Shown here: piece by piece, positions 11,061 to 23,720 of the stretch
Numbering within the stretch: position 1 is the first letter of the stretch
How the letters are laid out: every line of letters starts with the position of its first letter
From: Azolla caroliniana
Taxonomy: Eukaryota; Plantae; Polypodiophyta
Direction of reading: 5' to 3'
Assembly (NCBI GenBank): GCA_043228905.1
Contig: JBHGNT010000009.1
Location: forward strand, 12,214,001 to 12,278,000
DNA length: 64,000 bases
Made by a program: the position numbers and the translations under genes
The notes under the pieces: model-generated
The model's input: only the letters and a program-made list of their open reading frames with translations
Told to the model about the DNA's origin: nothing
Databases searched by the model: none

Positions 11061-14000
11061 CTAACGTTTGGAAAGAGCTCGGAAAGGGCTGATCCGGGTG
11101 CACGTCTGGACCGAGGTGTTGTATGCGTGAACTGTGAAGGGCAAAACTTGATCCCACGACTGATGCAATGGATCCACATATGCTGAAATAACCTGTTTGA
11201 TCATCTTATTCTTGCATTCTGTCAAACCGTTTGTTTGTGGATGATAGGGTGACATAAACACTTGCTTAATTCCCAAACTGTGGTTGAGCACTTGAAGAAC
11301 CTCGTTGGGAAATTGTGATCCCTGATCGGATAAAAGTTGTTGAGGGCATCCATGACGGAAGATTACTTTCTGAAGCAATGCTTGGGCCATCGAGTTGGGT
11401 GTGGCATCTGGTAGGGCGGCTTCTTCACACCAACGTGTGAGATATTCTGTCATGATAAAACTATACTTATTACCATTTATTGAAGTTGGAAAGGGACCCA
11501 TTAGATCCCAGCCAAGTAACTCAAAGGGTTCCTTGCTATGATAGGTTGTAGATTGTTGGATGCTTGTTGTGGTGTTTTCATCGATTGGCATGTTGGGCAT
11601 GCTTGTAGGAATCGAAAAGTTGAATAGCGAATTTTGGGCCAATAGAATAGAGATTTGATACGGTGTAGCAATTTATGAAAACTGAAGTGTCCGGCTAGTT
11701 GAGCGCAACATTTTTGGGACATAAAGTCGTCGGGTTGGTCCTTGACTGATGAACTGTAATATGTTATTGATGATGATGAAGTTGCGATTGACATGTTGAT
11801 CCCGTCCACTTTGAAGATGTAGGGTAATGTCTCTAATCATACAATCTTGATGCTGAAGCTCGGCTACTTGGTGTGGATGAATTGGCGGCTGAGTTTGCAC
11901 ATTGATCTGGGTTACCTGATGCTCTATGAGAGATAGTGAATCAACTTCTATGTTAGTGATGCCACGTCTGTAGGTCATGGTGAATCTGTACTCTTGTAAT
12001 GCTAATGCCCAGCGCAATAGACGACCTGGTGGATGGCTCTTGCGTATCAATGATACTAAGGGTTGATGGTCCATTTCTACCTGAACTGTGGGCTCACGCA
12101 AATATGGATGAAATTTTGGGAAGGCCCAAACCACTACCAAGAATTCCTTTTTGGTAGTTGAGTAGTTCAGTTCGGCCTTTGTGATAGCTTGACTAATGTA
12201 GGCGATATGTCGCCAATCGTCTGAGTGATCCTGCTGTAGCAAACAACACCAATTCCTGTATTTGATGTGTCCGTTTGTAGGCGAAATGTCCTGCTGAAAT
12301 CCAGAAATGCTAATTGGGTGGCTTCTTGAATGATTCGTTTGATTTGTCGTAAACTCTCTATGCAAGCCTTGGACCAAGAGAATGATGTGTGCTTCTTCAG
12401 TAAGAGGCGCAATGGTTGTGTGATGGTTGCGAGTTGTGGCACAAACCAGAGAGAGAAGTTGACAAGACCTAAGAAGCTTTGGTGTGACTTGACATTAACA
12501 AGCTGTGGATAATCAGTGATTGCCTTGATCTTTGAAGTGTCCATGCTGATTCCTGTGGCGGATATGATGAAACCCAAGAATTTTAATGTAGTAGTGCCCC
12601 ATTGGCATTTCTTCCATTGGAGTTGTAGATTGTATTTCTGTATCCTATGTAGAACCTCCCTGAGAATGTGGGTGTGATGTTCCCATTCTGGTGTATGAAT
12701 TAAAATATCGTCTAGGTATACTAGTACCACTCCTTGGATCAAGTCGGGAAATATTGAATTCGCCATCCTCTGAAAAGTGTTGCCAACATCAAATAGGCTG
12801 AAGGGCATTCTTATAAACTGAAATAAACCATGTTGCATCCTAAAAGCGGTTTGTCTGTAGGGCTTAATGGGATCTGCCAATAGCTTGATGCGAGGTCTAG
12901 TGATGTGAAGTATTTGGACTTCCCGACTTGATCCAATAGATCATCCACGCATGGAAGCGAGTACAAGGCGTGCTTGGTAATCCTATTCAAAGGACGGAAA
13001 TCAATGCAAAAACGAAAGGTCCCATCATCCTTGCGCACCAAATGCAGTTCTGAGACGGACCCGATCGCTACTTGATGGCTCTATAATGTCCTTGTCAAGC
13101 ATGTCTTTTATTGCTTGATTGAGCCTTTGATTATCCAAGGGTGATCGCCGCCTAGCAACCATCCAAGGGTGATGATCGGGATTGTATGTTGGACAGGCAA
13201 ATTGATTTGTGTTGTGGTCGTTGTCTTGCGGAATAACGTCGGGAATTTCCGCAAGAGTTGGCGGATGTCGGCGGTCCGTACTATGGTTGATTCTAGATGA
13301 ACTTGTGTATGCAATATGTGGTTGCTAAGTTGTGGTGAGCTAAGCAAAGGAATCGTTGTGAACGGCTTAAGGGATGGTAGAACTAGTGATTGAGTATCAA
13401 AATGTAGTTGTGCACCGGTTTTGATAAACCAATCAAAACCTAATGTCATGGGAAATAATTGGCGTGCTAATACATAAAATGAATGTAGGAACTTATGTTG
13501 TGCCAAAAGGAAGGTGCAATGTGCTTGTGTGGACGATTGGTAGACTCGTTGTTTATCACCAAAGACTACTTATAAATTGGTGTTGCTGGGGACGTGGGTA
13601 AGTTCAATGAATTGACTAAATCTATGCTAATAGAAGAGATCGTGCTTCCGGAATCTAAGAGAGCCTCGTGTGATGTGGTATCTATTCGTGCTAACATGGA
13701 ACATACCAGTCGTTTGGAAGAGGTTGCGGCTTGAATGTGGAGTAGTTGCTCCTCCATTAGTTTCCCGCTCGGTGCTTTTCCTGTACCTCAGCAACTTATG
13801 TCGAATCAGCCAATTGTACTTGAGCATTCTGATGGTGTTTAGATCCCGCAAATTTCCTGCAATTTTTTTTAATATGGCCATACCCATTGTAGTAAAAACA
13901 ACACGGCTTGCCCTGAGAATCACGATCAGGTAAGCTACTTTTCTTGGTGACTTGTACATTTTGTGCGTCGATGTCCATTGGTGAAACCGAGGAATCATTT

Positions 14001-14609
14001 GGTTGTTTGTGATGATTGTTGCTCATGGGTTGTGTGGATGGCGGTAACTCTATGTAATCGGGTGCCTCAATCCGTTGGGCGATTTGGATTGCCATATGGA
14101 ACGATGTTATTTACCTGAATCATCATCATACACATTTCTTGGAACATTTGCTCCATGGATGTATGCATTGATGTATGTTCTCCGAATTCAGGTTGCATAC
14201 TTGTTGTGTTGTCGCCTTCTTGTTGTTGCATTTTGATTGCTTTGTGTGGTGAAGGCAAGCTGATCTGCTGAACGTGAGGGTGATTATGGGTGGGCTCTTC
14301 TATTTGCGTCTTGGTGGCGGGTGAGGACGATTATGGCTCGACTCTTCCATTTGTGGCTTACCGGTTGTTATTTAGTGGTTGTTGCATCGTGTAGAGTGGC
14401 AGGTGGTTGATTGCACGTCATCTCCACCAATGTAAAATGCTGAGAATGATTCACCCAATTAACTAGTGCCTCAACTTCTGGTTTGTATCTCTATTTATAG
14501 TATTGTATTACATCAATTAGGTTCTTGGTTCATACTTGAACTAACCGTTTATAAATCTTGGTAGACCATAAGTTTGGTTCAAGAACTGCGACGTCATACA
14601 TATATGACA
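11061..14609 (-). mobile_element. Degenerate Ty3/Gypsy element with short 5' LTR (~14431-14609), truncated within integrase
   Basis: Degenerate zinc knuckle (CFYYNGYGHIKKNC), PR LDSGST, RT (FRFCIDFRPLN, YLDD), RNase H and INT (WDLMGP, SPYHPQTNG). The outer LTR edge is approximate. Confidence 0.88.
14419..14429 (-). promoter_or_regulatory. PBS complementary to tRNA-Ala
   Basis: Minus-strand TGGTGGAGATG lies 1 nt after the LTR end ...TTTTACA. tRNA-Ala ends in ...CATCTCCACCA. Confidence 0.7.
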
Positions 14610-14960
14610 ATATTCTTATAATAGATGAAAAACATAAAAGTATTTGTTTTATTTTTTTAATAAAACAAAAAATAAATAAAAATATGTAAATAAATAAAAG
14701 GTTCCTATCAAATGTCATATTTTTATCTCACGTTAAAGAGGAGACCTCACATTAATAATATTCTTATAATAGATGAAAAACATAAAAGTATTTTTTTATT
14801 AATAAACAAATAAATAATAAATAATAAGTAAAAGGTTCATTAATTTCCTACTTTTTACTTTTTAGTGTCTTGATATTAAAAAGGGAACCTCACACTAATA
14901 ATATTTTTATATAATAGATGTAAAGATATTTGTTTTTTTAAATAATAAATAAACGAATGG
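14609..14960. repeat. AT-rich degenerate tandem repeat, ~145-bp unit, ~3 copies
   Basis: AATATTCTTATAATAGATG...AAAGGTTC...ACCTCACA recurs at ~14609, ~14757 and ~14898. Confidence 0.75.
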
Positions 14961-15305
14961 TTCTGTAATGTCATATCTTGATGGGGTAATTTTGTATTCT
15001 CGAATATGAGGATATGAAATGAATCAATGACTTCCTTCTTCTTGACTCTCAATTAATTCATTTATTAGCTCTGAGATGAGGCGTCGTCACCCTTTTCTTT
15101 TCTTTCTATCTTCATCTTCAAAATAAAATGAAATAAAAACTAAACAAACGAAAGACCAAATGACACGACACATAACACAAGCCGGTGCGCCATCCCATCC
15201 CATCCCATTCCTTTCAACAGAGCCACAGGAGCGCACAGACAGAGAGAGAGATCGCAAATATATATATATATATATAATCATTCTTCAGGAAGAGCCAAAT
15301 CAAAT

Positions 15306-15343
<38 letters not shown>

Positions 15344-15372
15344 AGTGAAGGCGAAGAAGCAAGAGGAAGAAG

Positions 15373-15939
15373 ATGTTGTGGAGCGAATCAGCCGAGCAAC
15401 AAGGCGTGACCAAGAGCAGTAGCGATCTTGCTGATGGTGATGATGATTCCGTGACCACCCAAATATTAAATAATGCTGCTGCTCTTGCCATTACCGAAAT
15501 GGAAATGGAAATGGAGAAGGAGAAGGAGAAGGAGCAGCAGCGGAAATCCATGCCTGTTCGTCAATACCTGGAATCCACTACTGTGCTCTCTCTTCTCCTC
15601 AAAGCCCTGCAGAAGCTTGTCCTTCAAAGGTATTCAACCAAAACGATTTTTAATTACGCAAAACCTTGGTACCAGGATACACCTCCTGTAAATAAATAAA
15701 GAAGAAGGAAGAATTCTATCCATGTTCCTTAAAAAAAGACTATGGAAACCCTAGACCAAAAACACGAAGAAGCCACACCTCTTTTCTTTTCTTTTCTTCT
15801 ATGCTCATAACAATCTGGTTGTGTCATGATGCGCAGGCCATCTGATCCTGTGGAGTTTCTGGTCTCCTTTCTATCAGAGAATAACCCACGCACTATAATG
15901 AAAAGAAATGAAGCAGACACTACCTCCTGTAACGGATGA
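15373..15939 (+). CDS. DPY30: DPY-30-motif protein, 119 aa; exons 15373-15629 and 15837-15939
   Basis: Splicing the GT-AG intron 15630-15836 gives MPVRQYLESTTVLSLLLKALQKLVLQR|PSDPVEFLVSFLSENNP, which fits the Dpy-30 motif (xPVRxYL..TV...L..L...RP.DP.EFL..YL). Confidence 0.85.
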
Positions 15940-16151
15940 TCCATTTATCCATCGCTACTATTTTGACATTACATCTTTGTGAGAAGAAGTTGTTACACTA
16001 CTACTCGAAAACTCTAAAATCTACAAAAAAGAAGAAGAAGGAAGGTTTGATCTTTCTTTCCTTTTTATTTCTTATACAGAATTCATTTATTCATTCATTC
16101 ATTATTTTATTTTATGATGGTGGGTGGATTCTGTCTTATGAAATAAAATCC

Positions 16152-16154
<3 letters not shown>

Positions 16155-16196
<42 letters not shown>

Positions 16197-16318
16197 CAAC
16201 AACATGAACATACATACATACATACATATGTATATCCATGTGTCCATGTAACACCCTTTTTGCTCATTGCGAGGCAACGACGGATGAACGGAGAAGGAAG
16301 GAACGGAAAGAAGTGTGA

Positions 16319-16361
<43 letters not shown>

Positions 16362-16480
16362 CATCATCTGAACTCTCCCTCCCTCCCTCCCTCCCTCTGA
16401 AGGAAGCGGAGAAGAGTTCCATTCCATTCCATGCTCTATGGGACCACCACCCCATGTATGTATGTATGTATGTATGTATG
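16155..16480. repeat. Microsatellite cluster (CT)n, (TACA)n, (AG)n, (CCCT)n, (TATG)n
   Basis: Read directly. (TA)n runs also occur at ~15258-15276 and ~15309-15338. Confidence 0.9.
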
Positions 16481-17729
16481 TTGATTCTTTGCAGTTTGGA
16501 CACCTACACCTTTACCTTTTGATCTGTCTAGGACATCCATGGCACAAAACAAAATCATCCCTAGTTCCACATTTTACATGGCAAACTTCGACTACTCCAA
16601 AATGAAGCATAGTATGTATGTAGTAAGTAAATGTTTTGAATCTATGTATTCTCAAATCATAAGTTTTTCCTTTGTGACCTCCCCATGTGAAAGAGAATTC
16701 TTTGTTTTTCATGTTCAAAGCTTAATTTCATGGTTCACCCATGCAAACAACAATGATGTAGATTTTGATTCTATTAGACGCAATATTCGAATTCTTCAAA
16801 TTTGTACAAGAGCGTTGATGTGGATGTGCTTTTAAGTCTAGAGGATGGATTGTCAATGTCACTTTGAATTGAATTTTGAGAGATAGTAAAGGGGTACTTT
16901 CGAACTTTCCTATTTATGTATCAATTCCTCACGTTAGACTTAAGAATATCATTGCAAGGCTCATTTTTGGTCCATTTAAAAATAAGTGCAAAGGAAGTTT
17001 CTAATTATGTGGAAAGGGATGTACATGTAAGGCTATTAGTAAGAAGCCGATGTATGTTTTACCCCCTCTTCTTTATTGAAGTAGCTTTGTAATAGCCTTC
17101 AGCGTGAAGATGTGAAGAGAGAACATCAATGTTATAGTTCACCGTGAAGATGTAATTAAATATGAGTGCACTAGGTAAAATTCCTTAGTCAATCGGCATG
17201 GCATACTCATCGAATTAATCCAAATTTCACTACATGACTCATTCTTGATTTGTCCATCCATGACCCAAACCACATCGAAGGCGAACACTATGGGCAATTC
17301 CTTATGTACATACAACAATATACATTTCCCATTTCCCATCTAATGAGCATGTTTCAAATATTAGAAAATAAACAAGTCAATAATCCACATTAATCCACAA
17401 GAATGGCGGAAGTAGGTCACAATAGAGCCTTTATTAGACATGTTGAATGTTGTTTCTCATATGCACCTTCTATAGACTAATTTGGTTCTTCTCTTGGCAA
17501 TCTCAAATGAGGTGATGTATTTTGATATGTTTCATCTTCATATGAAAACCACGTTTAAAAAAAATGTGATCATTATTTAGTTATTTGAATTGAGGATTGT
17601 GCTTTTTCTCATGAGCATACAAAATGTCATAAGTTTTGGGTGACTAGAAGTCATGCATGACCTAGATGTAAACCCAAACAAGAAATGCTATAGTTTTGGG
17701 TGACTAGATGTCATGCATGACCTAGATAT

Positions 17730-18292
17730 ATGGTTGGCGGTGCAATACGGCAAGACCAAGCCTGACAAGATCGATACATCGACTTGGGAAGTCATACATT
17801 TGAAGGCAGTGGCATACATAAGGTGTTTTATAGACATGAGTCTATACAACAACTTCAACCAAGAGACAGATGTTGAAGTCCTCTAGAAGAAGATCGGGTT
17901 TCATGTTCGAGAACAAGAACGTCGCAAATAAAGTCTCAGTCTTCACAAAGATAGTGAGAGCACCTAAACGCCTGCCAAGGACTAATCAATCAGGCAACCT
18001 CTCTAGAAGTACCTCTTGCCAATGAGGTATTGGCGCTATTGCTACTAGGATCACTTCCAGATAGCTATCTTTCTCATTGGATAACGCCGGACTGGAAGGG
18101 AAATCTTTATCCCTAGAGACGGTGAAGTCGAGCTTATTGAATGAAGAAGCTCGCTGGAAGGACAGAGAGTCCAATGCCGACCCAAAGGCCTTAGTCACAA
18201 AAGGTGACATGAACCGAGGAAGAGGATGAAATAGAAGTCCCTTGAACCAGGACAAGTCCAGACTAAGGTCAGGTCGAAGGGAAGGCTCACGT
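17730..18292 (+). pseudogene. Tork/Tnt1-like Copia gag, left part (continues at 60230)
   Basis: CFIDMSLYNNF and VKSSLLNEEARWKD match the gags at 57110-57480 and 61880-62707. It ends in ...GRLT just before the zinc knuckle. Confidence 0.82.
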
Positions 18293-18840
18293 TATCCTAA
18301 AGATTTTTAGCAACGGTGTGAAAATCACGTGGAAAGGAGAAAACCTAGACGATGCAATGTGCACATGCATGAAAGGGGGGATGGTTACACTTGTATATCA
18401 TCACATTAATGTGCACATGGGTTTTGAATCTTACACGGCCAAGATGGGAGACAATTAACATACCATTAGGCTAAGTTGTTTCTTTGAAGTTTATTTTCAT
18501 CATTGTACTTTTCACATGTAAATTCTCATACATGAGAGCTTGGATGAGTGACATGGTCATCATGTATCACATGTGATACATGAACGCCAAATGGCAAACA
18601 TACATTGCGTGCATTTCATGCACTCCATGCATTGTATGCATGTCTTGTACCCTCACATGCATCATATGCATGGGGGTATCTATAAAGGAAAAAACTGAAA
18701 AAAGATGGGAGGTAAGCTATGCATGGGGACATCTTATTGGTGATGTAGCTTGTCTCTCAAAATTGAAGTCAAGGGTTCAACTGCAATCTCTCTCTCTCTC
18801 TCTCTCAATCTGTCTCCAAATTGGAATCTCTGTCTCTCAA

Positions 18841-18875
<35 letters not shown>

Positions 18876-18973
18876 TACTTTCTTGCTAAAGCTAGTACAA
18901 ACTTCGAATCCTTCCGGTCTAGGACCCCGGTGGTCCTGCTTCATTTAACGAACACGCGAGGATTTCCTCGACA
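18293..18973 (+). repeat. 5' LTR of element F, followed by a tRNA-Trp PBS (TGGTGAACCCAACATGAA, 18981-18998)
   Basis: Homologous to 29113-29362 and 59922-60229; ends in ...CCTCGACA. Confidence 0.85.
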
Positions 18974-19803
18974 TCTTTCTTGGTGAACCCAACATGAAGA
19001 AGAGGTAGGAAAGATCAACACGAAGATCGATCGATACTTGGAGATGGCATCCTCAAGCAATCAAGCGGGAAAGGATGAATGTAATCGTCGAACAAATGAT
19101 GAGAGCTCAGGACAACGATGCAAGCATGTAGAATGTTGTCGACCGTGTCGTGGAGATCGAGGATCAATTTGAAGAACATTACGATGTTCCTTGATGCATA
19201 CAAAAGGGAGATGAATCAGAGGGATGTGTCTGAAGCACGTCAAATCTCAAGTTTCAAGAGAGTTGTTGCCAACAACGTCCAAAGGCGGGTCATCGAGCTT
19301 CAAGAAGGGAAGACAACATGGTCTGAGTTTGAGAAAGCATTATTAGCGGAGTTCGCGACGGAAGATTTGTCGAGGATGACATGTCTTGATGAAGTTGATT
19401 GAGAAGAAAAATAAGAAGATGAGCACCTCGAGGGTATACGGCGAGTTTGACTAGATGTTTAATCGTCTCCCCGCTACGGACCAAGTGTTGCTTGAGGAGG
19501 ACAAGACATTGTATTTCTTGAAGTTGTGGATATGAAGGATAGAGGAGAATTGGGGAGTCTCCTCGAAGATGATACCCAAGAGAACATGCTTGTGGTAGAC
19601 TGGATTGCGATGAACCGAGTGTGCAACAGGCTCGACAAGCATCGTCAATGGGTTGATGACACTGACTTGGCAAGATTTAGTGGGGAGAAAATGAGACAAC
19701 CAAAAGTTCTTGAGCCGTCCAAACAAAGCAACCCGGAAGAAAAGAAGATTGATGACATCATTGAAGAACTAGCGAAGAAGTTTGAGACGGTCACATTAGC
19801 GAA

Positions 19804-21050
19804 TGTTGGCCGGCAAGGCAAAAAGGGCCGGTTAGAGTCCAGAATGTAAAAGGGGTATTTAATTAGGAATAGGGAGTTGAAATTAATAAGTATTATGCTA
19901 TTTTGAGAAGCGGACGGACGAACCCAAAATCGGTATGCCGATTCGGATCCGGGCCGGATCATTGCCGGTTGCCGGTTAGCACCGGTTTGTAACTCAGTCG
20001 GAGACCTATAAAAGGACCCGGCAAGAATGTAATCAACGACGGATAATTAATAGAAGTGTTGTTATTTTGCATATGATTAAGTGTCTATTTGATTACTGTT
20101 CTGAGCTTAAGTTAATTCATCTTACGCGTGTATTACGATCATTAATCGTATGGGTTAGTAACTTGTTAAGACCTGTTCGCTATCACAGTCCATCCATATC
20201 TTCCCATACTACCCTATGGTGAAGTGTTCCATAGGGACACCCTGTGTTAGGGCTTATCCAGCCTAAGGGATAACACAATTTTTGGCGACCACGATTCCTA
20301 CCGTGAGCACAGAACACCGAGGGATGGATGTCTCAACCGACTAACGACCAAGTCACCAAACGAGGAGAAGACTTGCCGAAAGACAAGAAAGGTAGGCAAC
20401 CTTCCAACAAGCGGCCGAGGAGATCCAACAGGATCGGTCTTTTCCAAGGGTGCTTCGGAGGGTCGCAGAAGACGCACTTCGATTCCAAAAAAATGAATTT
20501 TCCAACGAGGGCAGTAGTCTGATGAGCCTGCAAGAGGTAGAAGCGCAACTGCGGAGACTTGCCAAAGGCAACAAAGACTCAGAGGCATTCTCGACCTTAG
20601 AGTCGGAATCAGATAGTGAACAAAGTGTTTAGTCGAATTACAAAAGCAACCACGATACACCGGACAATCCGGAGAACGACGAATCGGGCAGCTCATCAAC
20701 ACCAACCACGGAGACATCGGAAAGCCGTGCACCAACACCACCCGTAGAGCAAGAACTAAACCACACATCTCCGGTACAACCTCTTGAAGACTACACCATG
20801 TTGTACCCGTATCCAAAGTACCGTAATGACCCTGACACAGAGGCGCATGTCTATGCGTTTCTACAAACATGGGAAGCGAACCATGTATCCCAAAGGCTGA
20901 CCGAACCAGAAGCTGAACGGTCAAAAATTGCGGGATTAGAGGGACAGGCGGCCCGCTAGCACACAAAGCACCTACCCAGAAGCTTTGTCACATTTGAGGC
21001 CTTGAAAACAAAATTCCTCCGACTATTCCATAGTCAAGTGGAACAATGCT
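19804..21050 (+). mobile_element. Truncated sister of element 1: 5' LTR 19804-20275, tRNA-Arg-type PBS TGGCGACCAC 20283-20292, gag remnant
   Basis: The TG...TAACA LTR is co-linear with 8769-9195. The gag reads YPYPKYRNDPDTEAHVYAFLQTWEANHVS. Confidence 0.85.
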
Positions 21051-21287
21051 ATCGTGTGAATCTTCACACACTACGTAAAAAAATAATGAAATAATTATTA
21101 TAGATTAGATTAGTAGCTTACTATAGAAAGATGGATATACTCAAGAGCTTCAAAACGTATTTTACTTTATACAAAATGGAGAAATACATATCAAGTTATG
21201 TGAAAATAAAGTTTGAGAAGATAGGGAAATTAGAACTATCCCACATAGATAGGAAACTTAAGGCCCTGGCTATATAAGCACCTTGAG

Positions 21288-23720
21288 TGTTGAGAGACAA
21301 GCTCAACATCGGCCGGATCGGCTGAAGAAGCCGAGGACCGGATCGGTTGGGACCGATCGGTTAGGCCGAATGCGTAAACCGATGCGTAGGTAGGGCCGGA
21401 TCGGTGCGTAAACCGGGAGGCAGTTAGGAAAGATATTCCATGAGGAATATATTTCGGAGTTAGTGTAGGAGCTCTTAGTGAGCATTGAAGTACTGTCAGT
21501 ACTTCGGTCAATCCTTCTAGGACTTGTATAAAAGTGTTCATTGAACACACATATGTATAGAGAATGGTGAATAGAGTTTTTTGAATAAAGTTCTTGTGTT
21601 TTCTCTCTATCACTCTCTCTGTCTATCCCGCGTATACTGCGTAAGCTCAAGCTCTCCATTAAACCTGAGTTTTCTTCCTTCTGTTCGATCTTCATACTTG
21701 CTTCCGCACGTTACTCTTTACATGGTATCAGAGTGCGAGGGTTCAGAACCTCTCTGCAGCCGACACACCTTGACGAAGAAGAACAAGAAGAACGATGGAT
21801 AGAGGCATGGTGAGCTCTCTTCCAACAGAGAAGCTCGATAGAACCAACTACGCGTCTTGGTCCTACAAGATGCACCAGTACCTGCTCGGGCACGGCTACT
21901 GGAGTTATGTCGAAGGAGCTAATGACGCGGCACCCGAATAGACACACAGAGACTTCCCGTCGTGGGAGCAATCGGCCAGCAGGGTATTATACTGATTCGC
22001 GTCGTGTGTGGGCGAACAACTATTGAGCTATGTTCGAGATGCAAAGACGTCGAAGGGTGCGTGGGAAAATCTGAAGAAGATTTTCGCCGCAAGCACCACA
22101 ACCAAGAAGCTTCAGCTTCGACAAGAGTTGAGCAACCTACGACAACACGACTTGTTGGTAGCGGACTATACCTCGAAGATCAAGGATATCTGCGACTCCC
22201 TTGCCTCCATAGAGGTGAACATCGGGGAGAGCGAGATGGTCCAGATCTGTCTCAGAGGTTTGGCGTCGAAGTTCGGAGCGTTCCGAACGGCTGTGTGTAC
22301 TCGGGAGAATACGCCGTCCTTTTCCGACTTACAGTCGATGCTCCTGGTAGAGGAGAACCACGCGGGTGCGTCGACAAGCACGCACACCGATAGCAAGATG
22401 TTGTACACGGAGGGAGAAAGGCCCCGTGGTCGTGGCGGATGAGGCAAGTCGGTACGCAATGGAAGCGGCTAACGAGATCAAGGAAGAAGGCACCGAAGTG
22501 ATGCCGACAGCAACTCCGGACCCTCCGGAAACAGGGGGAGTCGAAGCGAGGAGAACCGGCAAGGGAAGGCCATCGCGGAGTGCTGGTACTATAGCAAGAA
22601 AGGCCACAGGGAAAGTGAGTGCTGGAAGAAGCGCGCCAATTCGGAGAGAACCGGTTCCGGAAACGGCTCCGGAAATACCGACAAGGGAAATCGGCAGCGA
22701 TCGCACTACGCCGAAGACTCCGGGAGAGCCGGAGAAGGGTCTGCCTTCGTGACGAGACACGAAGCAAACTCAATGAAACAGACCACCCCGAGATCGGACG
22801 AGGTGTGGTACGTAGACTACGGCACGTCAAACCACATGACGAGCCATAAGGAGTGGTTCTCGTACCTAGAAAAACCGATACAACCTGGAGTAGTCGCAAC
22901 TAGACATGACACTCCGTATCCGATCACGAATGTCGGAGAAGTTCCCCTTAGCCATGTCGGGCAGAAAGGGAAACTCATGAACGTGTTGCACGTTCCGACA
23001 AGCACGAAGAACTTGGTCTCGGTCGGACAAATCGTCGACCAAGGGATGGAGGTTCGGTTTACACACCTCGGGTGCTTCATTGAGGAAGAAGGCCGTGTGA
23101 TTGCGCAAGGGCGCAGAGACGGGAGGATGTTCATCCTCGACTCCACTGACGGCGGCACCGCAATGTTCGCGAAGGGACAAAAATCTAAGTTGGACATCGA
23201 CTTGTGGCACAAGCGGATAGGCCACGTCAACTACCAGCGGCTTCAAGATCTGCAATTGAAATAGGTAGTGTTCGGATTGCCCAAATTTAGTGGCCGAAAG
23301 GCACAAATTTGTGAAGCCTGCCAGCTCGGGAAGCAACACCGACTTCCTTTCCCAAACGAGCGAAACCGGAGCCCAAACAAGCTCGACCTTATAAACTCCG
23401 ATGTATGGGGGCCGACACAAAACATTAGTCTTGGCGGGAGCCGATATTTCGTTTCCTTCATCCACGACCACACGCGGCACACGTGGATCTACCTCATTGA
23501 GAGGAAGAGCGAAGTCTTCGACTGTTTCTGGGACCTCAAAGGGTCCGTGGAAACGGAAACGGGACGAAAGATCAAGTGCCTGCGGTCGGATGGCGGGAAA
23601 GAGTACTTTTCTGGTCAATTCAATGGTTATCAACAACAAATGGGAATTCAACGCGAATTCAGTTGTAGATACATGCCGGAGCAGAACGGCGTGGCCGAGA
23701 GGAAGAATCGGTTAGTCGTA
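21288..23720 (+). mobile_element. Truncated Ty1/Copia 'D': LTR 21288-21722, tRNA-iMet PBS, gag-PR-partial INT
   Basis: TGTTGAG...TTTACA LTR followed by TGGTATCAGAG; motifs WYVDYGTSNHM, LWHKRIGH and CEACQLGK. It ends at a deletion junction. Confidence 0.92.

Noticed and set aside
15936-16427. ORFs 15936-16400 and 16107-16427
   Set aside because: They are translations of microsatellites (SLSLSL, ERERER).
16512-16718. Minus-strand peptide EVCHVKCGTRDDFVLCHGCPR resembling half a PHD finger
   Set aside because: The second half of the motif is missing, the upstream frame has stops, and no gene model could be built.
17632-17728. 60-bp-period duplication with a GTCATGCATGAC palindrome
   Set aside because: Only two copies at a TE junction, with no evidence of function.
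22866-23651. Long antisense ORFs (also 33665-34417, 38424-39413, 47961-48758, 58354-59541)
   Set aside because: These are shadow frames opposite GC-rich TE coding sequence and show no recognisable domains.
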